DNA of 63,892 bases, counting the filler, from an uncultured bacterium (GTDB lineage: Bacteria; DAOPZR01): NCBI GenBank assembly GCA_964637655.1. It is 6 parts of 6 records of this genome, joined end to end, with 100 filler letters (N's around TTAATTAATTAA, not from the genome) between each part and the next. Parts side by side here need not be neighbours in the genome. Positions count along the whole stretch, not along the records: positions 32,713 to 43,296 come from CAZWUZ010000121.1; 5 more parts are not named here. One strand, given 5' to 3'. The notes under the pieces are model-generated. The model was not told the origin of the DNA and searched no databases. It saw nothing but the letters and a program-made list of their open reading frames with translations. The translations under genes and the position numbers were made by a program. The stretch's first letter is position 1. Every line of letters starts with the position of its first letter. Shown one piece after another: positions 32,807 through 40,213 of this stretch.

Positions 32807-34228
32807 TTAGGCGGGCGGAATTGCGGGTACAAAATCGTGCAGGACGACCGTGCTGGCGCCGCCAAAACCCTGCTGGCCGGCGGCGCGGGCGAGAATCTCA
32901 TACTGCCCGGGTGCATCGCCGTACCAGTGCAGCCAGTAGCAGTCGCGCACGGGGAGTTCGCGCACTTTCTCACACCGGAGGTCATCAGCAGCGGGGAATT
33001 CCACCGGGCAGATGAAATCGGGGATGATGAATTTCGCATAGTCGTTGTCCAGCAGATAGACGGGGCTGGCGCCATGCAGCTGGCGCAGCGTGCGCATGGC
33101 GTCGACAAACGACGCGGTTTTGTGTGCCTCGTTGACGTACCAGCGCGGCAGTGACCCGGCATTGATTCCCGCGTATGCGACGAGCGCGAATCCGGTCAGC
33201 AGGATGGCGACGACCTGGCGCGGCTTGTACCCCGGCCAGCGAAAGGCCAGCAGCCACTCGATACCAAGTCCGGCCAGTCCGGCCAGCCCGAACGACGGGA
33301 TGAGCGGAAAACGCGTTTCATGCCCCCACGCCAGCAGCGCGAAGGGCGCATAGGTGACATACATCCAGACCGCGAAGAACCGCGCGCGTCGGCCGCCGAA
33401 GACGAGACAGGCCAGCGCAAGCAGCGGCATCAGCAGGTCGAGGTACTTGAGGTTGATTTCGCGCCACCACGGGTGGAGCAGTCCAAGCATCGTCTTCTGA
33501 TAGTTGTGGTACGCATACTGCACTCCGTAATTGTCGCCCGCGACGAAGTACGTCAGACGCTGCACCGACCATTCCGCCCCGAGAAAAAGCAGCAGAAAGA
33601 GCCAGAAAGGCCACTGGCGGCGAACGACAGCGCGCAGGTACGGCAGCCAGGCCCCGTCGCGCGTCAGCAGTTCATACACCAGCAGCATGGCCGGAAGCGT
33701 GACGCTGTCCTCCTTGATGAAGAGCGACAGCGCGAAGGTCACCCACGCCAGCAGGTAGTCGCGCCGCCGCCCGGCGCGGCGGTAGGCCAGGTAGAGGATG
33801 GCGGCCAGCAGGTAGAGCGCCCAGTTGAGCAGTCCCGTGGTCGAGCCGCAGATGAGAAAGGCCCCCGCGCGATAGGGGTGTAGCGTGTGCACCAGCGTCG
33901 CCGCGAGCGCACCTGCCCCCGCCAGTCCGAGCATCCCGTAGAGGCGGCAGGCGAGTGCTGCCGCCGTGAGCATCAGCAGCAGGTCGACAAGATGATACGG
34001 CAGCGGGTTGGTATGCACCAGCAGGTAGAGCGGTACATAGAGCACCTTGAGCACCACGCGGAACATTGCCGCCTCGAGCACCAGCACTGACGACGGATCG
34101 TCGTGCAGCTGCTGTGCCCACCGGAGCCAGCGGTAATCGTCGGCATAGAGCGGTAGCGTCAGATGCTGCGCATAGGCGAACACGATGAGCAGGCCGATGG
34201 CGGCCAGCAGCAGGCGGTGGCGGGTCAT
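32807..34228 (-). CDS. Polytopic membrane GT-C-fold glycosyltransferase (PMT/ArnT/GT39-like)
   Basis: N-terminal TM then ADDY acidic motif, PYHLV, LFIKEDS, many TM helices. Confidence 0.65.
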   Translation of the reverse strand: MTRHRLLLAAIGLLIVFAYAQHLTLPLYADDYRWLRWAQQLHDDPSSVLVLEAAMFRVVLKVLYVPLYLLVHTNPLPYHLVDLLLMLTAAALACRLYGMLGLAGAGALAATLVHTLHPYRAGAFLICGSTTGLLNWALYLLAAILYLAYRRAGRRRDYLLAWVTFALSLFIKEDSVTLPAMLLVYELLTRDGAWLPYLRAVVRRQWPFWLFLLLFLGAEWSVQRLTYFVAGDNYGVQYAYHNYQKTMLGLLHPWWREINLKYLDLLMPLLALACLVFGGRRARFFAVWMYVTYAPFALLAWGHETRFPLIPSFGLAGLAGLGIEWLLAFRWPGYKPRQVVAILLTGFALVAYAGINAGSLPRWYVNEAHKTASFVDAMRTLRQLHGASPVYLLDNDYAKFIIPDFICPVEFPAADDLRCEKVRELPVRDCYWLHWYGDAPGQYEILARAAGQQGFGGASTVVLHDFVPAIPPA

Positions 34229-34677
34229 CGCGCCTTCAAGTCGCAGGCCATGACCACGGCGTCCTCGTGGTTATCCTGGTAGTAGCGTTTGCGGGTGCCG
34301 AGCGGGCGGAACCCGAGCCGCTCGTACAGCGCCTGCGCCTGCGTGTTGCCGACCCGCACCTCGAGCGTGACGATGCCGACCCCGCGCGCCGCCATGTCGT
34401 CGAGCGCGAAGCGCATGAGCTGTTCCCCGATGCCGCGCCGGCGGCGCTGCGGATGCACCGCCACGGTTGCCACCTGCGCTTCGCTCCCCACCACCCAGTA
34501 GTCGATATAGCCGGCCAGTTCTTCTCCTTCCACCGCGGCATGACAGTGCGCGTTCGGGTTGAGCTGGATGTCGCGCACAAAACCGTCGCGCGGCCAGGGC
34601 GAGGTGAATGCCTGCTGCTCGATGGCCAGCACCGCGTCAAGGTCGCCGACGAGCAGCGGGCGGATGGCGACGGGCAT
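34225..34677 (-). CDS. rimI: Ribosomal protein S18 alanine N-acetyltransferase
   Basis: AIEQQAFTSPW, VAVHPQRRRRGIG, LEVRVGN, RKRYYQDNHEDAVVM; follows tsaB. Confidence 0.93.
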   Translation of the reverse strand: MPVAIRPLLVGDLDAVLAIEQQAFTSPWPRDGFVRDIQLNPNAHCHAAVEGEELAGYIDYWVVGSEAQVATVAVHPQRRRRGIGEQLMRFALDDMAARGVGIVTLEVRVGNTQAQALYERLGFRPLGTRKRYYQDNHEDAVVMACDLKAR

Positions 34678-35300
34678 CAGACCGCGCCGCGCACGTAGCG
34701 CAGTTCGAGATCGGGACTGCCGGGGATGCCGGTGCAGCAGCAGCGCGCGAGCACTGCCGCCGAGGGCTGCACGATGCCGCTGTCGCGTGCCGCGGGGAGC
34801 AGCGCTGCCAGTGCCGCAGCACCTGTGCCCGCCAGCAGCCATGCTTCATCAGCACACGCGGCCGCCAGTTCCGCCGGCTGATACAGACGCCCCGCACCGT
34901 CGCGCCTGCCGTCGCGCCAGAGCGCGGCAAAGAGTTCCCCGCGTCGCGCATCGAGTACGGTCAATGCGCGCGGCGTGCCTGCCGGCAGCGCGTGATACAG
35001 CAGTGCGAGCGCATCGAGCCCGTACACGGGAATGGTGCGGCCCCAGGCGAAGGCGCGGGCGAAGGCGGCGGTCACGCGCGTGCCGCTGAAGGCGCCGGGC
35101 CCGAGGTCGATGGCGATACCGCTGATACGGCAATCGCAGTTGCGTTCCGCTGCGAGCAGGCGCTCACCCAGTCCGGCAAGCTCCTCGGTGATTCTCACCG
35201 TGGCGATGCGTTCCTGCCAGACAATGCCCGCCGCGTCAGCGAGTACCGCGTCGCAGGCATCGCCGCTCCCCGACAGGGCGAGCACCACCGCGCGGCTCAC
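34677..35300 (-). CDS. tsaB: tRNA t6A biosynthesis protein TsaB
   Basis: IAIDLGPGAFSGTRV, LDARRGELF, LELRYVR; between tsaE and rimI. Confidence 0.88.
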   Translation of the reverse strand: MSRAVVLALSGSGDACDAVLADAAGIVWQERIATVRITEELAGLGERLLAAERNCDCRISGIAIDLGPGAFSGTRVTAAFARAFAWGRTIPVYGLDALALLYHALPAGTPRALTVLDARRGELFAALWRDGRRDGAGRLYQPAELAAACADEAWLLAGTGAAALAALLPAARDSGIVQPSAAVLARCCCTGIPGSPDLELRYVRGAV

Positions 35301-35749
35301 CGCTCTTCTCCGATGCTGATGAGTCGCTCGTCGGGAGTGCTGCCGTGGGCGAGCGTCACGCGCATCAGCGGGGGCGTCCAGGCCTCCGCGTCGCGTTCGG
35401 GCCATTCCACCGCGACGATGCCGCGCGTGCGCAGTTCGTCGAGGCCCAGTTCCTCGGCATCAGCGCTGCCGAGTCGGTAGAGATCCAGATGCAGCAGCAG
35501 TTCGCGCCCGGGATACTCACGCACGAGGGTGAAAGTCGGGCTGGTGACCGTGGCGCTGCAGCCCAGCCCTTCGGCCAGCCCCTTGACAAACTCCGTCTTC
35601 CCCGCCCCGAGTTCGCCCGAAAGCAGCACGAGGTCCCCGCGCTGCAGCCGCCCGGCAAGTTCGCGGGCCAGCGCCCGCGTCGCCTCCGCCGATGGGGACG
35701 GGTGTTTACAAGTTAACAAACTTTCGTTTTGCGAACTTTGCTTAATCAT
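35297..35749 (-). CDS. tsaE: tRNA t6A biosynthesis ATPase TsaE (first ~19 codons lie inside the RAYT element end)
   Basis: LSGELGAGKT, VTSPTFTL, HLDLYRL, VEWPE. Confidence 0.93.
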   Translation of the reverse strand: MIKQSSQNESLLTCKHPSPSAEATRALARELAGRLQRGDLVLLSGELGAGKTEFVKGLAEGLGCSATVTSPTFTLVREYPGRELLLHLDLYRLGSADAEELGLDELRTRGIVAVEWPERDAEAWTPPLMRVTLAHGSTPDERLISIGEER

Positions 35750-36664
35750 ATCGTTTTTTTCTTATGTCTTCTGGCAGCATTGATTACAGCCGAAGCAGTG
35801 CGCCGGAATATCTTTCCGATTTCTTCGGGAAAATGATACTCGGCATACAACTGACTCATAATCCGCTGGCGGCAATTAGACAGCGGCTGGTCTCTCCGCA
35901 GTGAGGTCATATCCGCTATCGTCCACCCGCTCTCAGCAATAAGTTCCTCTGCGCGCTGCCGCAATGCCGTCCGCTGCCGGCGGTCATTGCGGGCGAATTC
36001 CTCCGCTTTTTGTCTGGACTGCCGGCTGATCTGCTCGGCAAAATGCTCGGAACCGATCACCTGGCGGACAACCTTCACTTCATCATCGTGGTCGCCGCGC
36101 ATCAGTTCACAGTACCGTTTTCTTCCTGCTTTGCCCTCGTAGCCGGGAGGTGAAACCAGCGGCATTGTCGACGTGCCGCTGCGGTAAAACCCGTCGGAAC
36201 TCCACGGATACTCACGCGCATCAGCAACTATTTCAGCCCGGACCGGGTTGCGGTGGATGTAGCGCACGAGATTGTTCAGATAATTTTCCGTGTCGATAAT
36301 GTACGATTTGAACCTGCCCTGAAAGACGCTGCCGGTTTTGGCATGGACGCGATTGAAATAGAGCGCGTAGTACATGTTTACCTGATGGAATATTTTCCCG
36401 AGCGTAACCGCTTCCCGGTACACGATAAGATGTACATGATTCGGCATAAGGCAATACGCAGCCAGGCGTGCCCCGTACAAGGTAAGCTGTTCTTCCAGGA
36501 TACCAAGGTACCCCGTATAATCCTGCGTGGTGAAGAACATTGTCTCGCGGCGCTGTCCGCGGGCGATGATATGGTACCAGTGGTCCGGAAGGTCAATTCG
36601 GGCTGTGCGTGCCATATAAGCCACCTGTAGAAAAGTTAGTTAATTTGTTAACACCCGTCCCCAT
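35692..36664 (-). mobile_element. RAYT-like HUH (Y1) transposase element bounded by 33-bp imperfect inverted repeats
   Basis: 35692-35724 ATGGGGACGGGTGTTTACAAGTTAACAAACTTT versus 36632-36664 AAAGTTAGTTAATTTGTTAACACCCGTCCCCAT (30/33 complementary); interior visibly AT-richer than the flanks. Confidence 0.8.
35746..36615 (-). CDS. REP-associated tyrosine transposase (RAYT/TnpA-Y1 family) with C-terminal HTH-like extension
   Basis: MARTAR..YHIIARG, YCLMPNHVHL (HUH), FQGRFKS, YIHRNPVRA, YPWSS. Confidence 0.9.
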   Translation of the reverse strand: MARTARIDLPDHWYHIIARGQRRETMFFTTQDYTGYLGILEEQLTLYGARLAAYCLMPNHVHLIVYREAVTLGKIFHQVNMYYALYFNRVHAKTGSVFQGRFKSYIIDTENYLNNLVRYIHRNPVRAEIVADAREYPWSSDGFYRSGTSTMPLVSPPGYEGKAGRKRYCELMRGDHDDEVKVVRQVIGSEHFAEQISRQSRQKAEEFARNDRRQRTALRQRAEELIAESGWTIADMTSLRRDQPLSNCRQRIMSQLYAEYHFPEEIGKIFRRTASAVINAARRHKKKTI

Positions 36665-36667
36665 GGT

Positions 36668-36698
36668 AAAAACCTCCCCCCGGACTGCGGGGGGAGGT
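36668..36698 (-). terminator. Rho-independent terminator of the lipoprotein gene
   Basis: Minus strand ACCTCCCCCCG-CAGTC-CGGGGGGAGGT followed by TTTT. Confidence 0.8.
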
Positions 36699-36711
36699 GA
36701 TCAGGCAGGTC

Positions 36712-37242
36712 TTACTGCAGGGCATCGACTTTGATGATCCAGCCGTTGCGGTCGTTGCGCCAGGCGTCGGAATTGGCCTCGTACTTGATGGAGACCTCGA
36801 ATTCCTTCATCAGCTGGCCCAGCTGCTTCACCGTGGAGGCCGCGGCGACTTCGTTCAGCCAGGGGGTGCGACGGTCGCGCCATGATTCCGACTGGGACGT
36901 AAAATTGACCGATGATTCGAACACGCGCAGCTGTTCTTTCAGCCCGTCGACCGTTGTCGCCGCGCGCAGCGCGCTGATCCAGCCGTCGCGTTTGCCGCTC
37001 CAGTCATCAGCCTGCGCGTCGTACTTGGTCGCCATCTCGAGCTGCAGCAGCAGGTCCTTGAACTGCTCGATGCTCACCTGCGATGAAACCGCCGGTGCCG
37101 CCGGTGCAACAGGTGCCGCCGGCGCTGTGGCCGGGGCGGCGGCGGGCGCAGCGGTGTTGCTGCTGTTGTCACCGCCACCGATGCACGCCAGCAACAGCGT
37201 TACTGCCAGCACTGCCAGTGCTGCTGTCAACAGATTCTTCAT
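36712..37242 (-). CDS. Hypothetical lipoprotein with Ala/Pro linker and three ~40-aa Trp-containing repeats
   Basis: GGAGGAG RBS; MKNLL..LLAC lipobox; repeats (L/F)E....(Y/F)...W...R..W. Confidence 0.8.
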   Translation of the reverse strand: MKNLLTAALAVLAVTLLLACIGGGDNSSNTAAPAAAPATAPAAPVAPAAPAVSSQVSIEQFKDLLLQLEMATKYDAQADDWSGKRDGWISALRAATTVDGLKEQLRVFESSVNFTSQSESWRDRRTPWLNEVAAASTVKQLGQLMKEFEVSIKYEANSDAWRNDRNGWIIKVDALQ

Positions 37243-37322
37243 GATGCTGTTCTCCTCCCGAGGGTGTAGCCGGGTCAGACCCGGCTGAAGTTGCGCAAGC
37301 GTAGCACGCCCGCCCGTCGCCG

Positions 37323-38312
37323 TCAACTGAAATGGGCAAATCCCCGTCCGGACGGACGCCACAGTTCACCGTCACAGCGCAGGTCGAGTCCGCCCTGTCC
37401 TCCGCCAACAACACCAATGACCTGCGGGCGGGCGAAGCCCCGCGGATAGCGACGGCAGAAGGCCGGATACTGGCGGGCAGGCACCGTGACAAGCAACGCA
37501 TAGTCCTCGCCGCCATGCAGCTGATAGTGCAGACGCTGCCGTTCAGGCAGTCCGGCCAGCGGGCCAGACGCTGCGGGCAGGCAGCCGCATTCCACCATGG
37601 CGAGTTTCCCGTACGCTGTAGTCAGGCTGGCGATTTCCTCCAGCAGTGAGTCGGACAGGTCGGTCATGGCGGAGACGAGGCCCGAGCGCGCGCACCACTG
37701 CCCCTCGCGCAGCAGCGGCCGGGGCGCGCAGTGCCGGCGGCGCAGTGCGGGCGGCAGGTGCTTTCCCCGCCGCAGGCAGTCGAGCGCATACACTGACAGC
37801 CCGCTCTCCCCCAGCAGCACCAGCAGGTCACCGTCGCGCGCCCCGTCGCGGCGCACCACCCGGCGCGCATCAACCATGCCGGTGATAGCCGCATCGAGAT
37901 AGATGCCCCGGCGCGAAGCAGTGACATCGCCGCCAATGAGTTCCACCCCGTAGGCCGCGCAACAGCGACGGAGGCCGCCAAACAGCGCCTTGACCGTCAT
38001 CACCGGCGTGGCAGCAGGCAACGCCGCACTGACGGTCAGCCAGCGCGGGACGCCCCCCATGGCGGCGATATCGGAGATGTTGACCGCGGCAAGTTTCCAG
38101 CCGACCTCGGCTGGGGTCGACCAGTCAAGGCGGAAATGCACCCCTTCGACCATGGCATCACTCGCCAGCAGCAGGCGCTCATGCCGCCCGCGCGGCGGCG
38201 TCACCATGGCGCAGTCGTCGCCAATGCCGATGCCCGTATCACGTCCGTGCCGGGCGGTACGGCGCAGCCAGTCGAGCAGCCCGGCCTCGCCCCACTGCCG
38301 CATCGTCTTCAC
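37323..38312 (-). CDS. thiL: Thiamine-monophosphate kinase
   Basis: GIGDDCA, VEGVHF, AVNISDIAAMGG, LIGGD, DLSDSL, GGEDYALL. Confidence 0.94.
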   Translation of the reverse strand: MKTMRQWGEAGLLDWLRRTARHGRDTGIGIGDDCAMVTPPRGRHERLLLASDAMVEGVHFRLDWSTPAEVGWKLAAVNISDIAAMGGVPRWLTVSAALPAATPVMTVKALFGGLRRCCAAYGVELIGGDVTASRRGIYLDAAITGMVDARRVVRRDGARDGDLLVLLGESGLSVYALDCLRRGKHLPPALRRRHCAPRPLLREGQWCARSGLVSAMTDLSDSLLEEIASLTTAYGKLAMVECGCLPAASGPLAGLPERQRLHYQLHGGEDYALLVTVPARQYPAFCRRYPRGFARPQVIGVVGGGQGGLDLRCDGELWRPSGRGFAHFS

Positions 38313-39421
38313 GTGCGGTTATCCCGGAAAAAGAAACGCCCGAGCAGCGAGCGGCGGAAATCGACCGCATCGTGCGGGCAGAGTTCCTGACAGCAGAAAC
38401 AGGAAAAACAGCGGTGGCGGTCGAACTGCAGGCGCCCGTTATGCAGAGTCAGCGCTTCCGCCGGGCAGGCCTTGACGCAGATGCCGCAGGCGCGGCAGCG
38501 GGCGGTGAACTCCGGGCGGATAGTGGCCAGGCGCGACGCCAGCGACAGGAGCGGTGCCGGCAGCGCATTGAGCCGGAAGGTGCGCGGCATGACGAAGGGC
38601 GGGGCGAGCGCCACTATCGCGTCACCACCACAGGCAACGTGCGCGCCATGCTCCGGCAGCCCGTCGAGGTAGTCGAGCTGCGCGACCGGGAACCCTGCCA
38701 TCCGGGCGGCAACGGCATCGACCGCACACGGCGAGGTGCCGGCAAGCAGTACACCCAGGTGACGCGGCTGACCATTGAGCGGCCCGTTGCCTTCCATGCC
38801 GACCACCGCGTCCATGACCGTCAGCGTCGGGCGAACGAGTTCCGGCAAGGCCCGGATGGCACGCATCATCATCGTGCTGTTCGGCGCGCGCCGGTGCACT
38901 TCCGCCTTGAAGGCCCCCGGAATGAGCCCGAACAGGTTCTTGACCGCCCCGGTCATCAGCGTCAGCGAGTGGGTCTTGAGTTTGGGGAGATTGATGATAT
39001 GGTCGAACTGCGCTACTGCGTTGCTGATGAGGATATCGCGCACCTGCGCATGCGGCTGCAGCGTTCCGCCCAGCGTTTCGAGCGCCACCAGCGTCGCCCC
39101 GCTGTTGCGGGCAGCGGCGGTCATGCCGGTGATCTCCCACAACTGTTCAAGTTTGACGATGCCCGCCCCGGGCGAATCCCCGATACTGACCCGCAGGCCG
39201 CGCGCGGCACAGAGTTTCGCCACCGTTTCCACCAGCAGCGGATGCGTGGTAACCGCGCGGTCGGGATGCTGCGGGGCGAGCAGATTGGGCTTGAGCAGCA
39301 CCGTCTGCCCGGGGCGAAACGGTTCCCCGTCGGGAAAAACCTGCGCCAGCAGTCGCTCCACCGCTGCGGCCATGGCGGCCGGTTGGTATGCGGCACAGCG
39401 CGCGGCAAACACCTCAGCCAC
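38309..39421 (-). CDS. DUF362 protein with C-terminal 2[4Fe-4S] domain
   Basis: VLLKPNLL, TTHP, INLPKLKTH, GAVKNLFG, MEGNGP; CRACGICVKACP and CFSCFCCQELCP. Confidence 0.88.
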   Translation of the reverse strand: MAEVFAARCAAYQPAAMAAAVERLLAQVFPDGEPFRPGQTVLLKPNLLAPQHPDRAVTTHPLLVETVAKLCAARGLRVSIGDSPGAGIVKLEQLWEITGMTAAARNSGATLVALETLGGTLQPHAQVRDILISNAVAQFDHIINLPKLKTHSLTLMTGAVKNLFGLIPGAFKAEVHRRAPNSTMMMRAIRALPELVRPTLTVMDAVVGMEGNGPLNGQPRHLGVLLAGTSPCAVDAVAARMAGFPVAQLDYLDGLPEHGAHVACGGDAIVALAPPFVMPRTFRLNALPAPLLSLASRLATIRPEFTARCRACGICVKACPAEALTLHNGRLQFDRHRCFSCFCCQELCPHDAVDFRRSLLGRFFFRDNRT

Positions 39422-39980
39422 TGGCGGTCACCGGGGCGGATTCGTTTGCGACGCGCTGCAGGAAGCGGACGGTGGCATCGCCATAGTCGCGGGTATCCTG
39501 CACCTGCCAGAGCGGCCCCGCGGTAAACGGCTCGCGCGAACTGACTTCAGTGATGAGCAGGCCGCCGGGCATGAGGGCGCGAGCGGCCGCAGCGAGGACC
39601 GCCGGCCAGCCGGGATAGAAAAAGGGCGGGTCGGCAAAGACAATCTCTGCCGGCGCGGGGAGCTTGAGCAGCATGCGCTCGGCCGGCCCGGCCAGGATGC
39701 GGGTGCGGTCGCGCAGGCCCCACTGCGCGACGATTTCCTGCAGGTCACGCATGGCGCGGCGGTCGCTGTCGATGAAACAGGCATGCGCCGCCCCGCGTGA
39801 CAGGGCTTCGAGCCCGAAACCACCCTGCCCGCAGAACACATCGGCAACGGGTACGCCGTGCACGGTGTCACCGAGAATGTTGAAAATGGCCTCGCGGATG
39901 CGGTCACAGGTCGGGCGGAAGTTGGTGCTCGACGTCACCTTCCATTGCCGTCCGCGCAGGTCACCGCTGATAATCCGCAT
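39414..39980 (-). CDS. rsmD: 16S rRNA (guanine966-N2) methyltransferase
   Basis: MRIISG, RPTCDRIREAIFNIL, GLEALSRGA, FADPPF, RDYG. Confidence 0.92.
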   Translation of the reverse strand: MRIISGDLRGRQWKVTSSTNFRPTCDRIREAIFNILGDTVHGVPVADVFCGQGGFGLEALSRGAAHACFIDSDRRAMRDLQEIVAQWGLRDRTRILAGPAERMLLKLPAPAEIVFADPPFFYPGWPAVLAAAARALMPGGLLITEVSSREPFTAGPLWQVQDTRDYGDATVRFLQRVANESAPVTASG

Positions 39981-39993
39981 GCTGGCACCCATG

Positions 39994-40021
39994 AAAAAAG
40001 GGGAGACGGAACGCTCTCCCC
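39994..40021 (-). terminator. Terminator hairpin downstream of tRNA-His
   Basis: Minus strand GGGGAGA-GCGTTCCG-TCTCCCC-TTTTTT. Confidence 0.7.
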
Positions 40022-40032
40022 GGATTGGCGGA

Positions 40033-40110
40033 TGGGGCGAGTAACGGGACTTGAACCCGCGACCCCCTGCTCCACAGGCAGGTGCTCTAACCAACTGAGC
40101 TATACTCGCC
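40033..40110 (-). tRNA. tRNA-His (GTG) with encoded G-1 and CCA
   Basis: GGCGAGTATAGCTCAGTTGGTTAGAGCACCTGCCTGTGGAGCAGGGGGTCGCGGGTTCAAGTCCCGTTACTCGCCCCA; anticodon stem CCTGC/GCAGG, loop CTGTGGA; G-1:C73. Confidence 0.95.
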
Positions 40111-40122
40111 GTCACGCTGCGG

Positions 40123-40151
40123 ATGGTAGCATACCGGTCGGGGGTTGGCAA
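40123..40151 (-). promoter_or_regulatory. Putative sigma70 promoter of tRNA-His
   Basis: Minus strand TTGCCA-17 nt-TACCAT with TG extended -10, just upstream of the tRNA. Confidence 0.6.
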
Positions 40152-40213
40152 GCAGCGGCAGGGATGGTACACTCGATTGTCCCGCCACTGCGGGGGAGGA
40201 GCCAGCAGCAGCC

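Noticed and set aside
40033-40110. tRNA-His as an integration site for an island
   Set aside because: No integrase and no duplicated tRNA 3' end seen in this contig; the downstream genes are housekeeping
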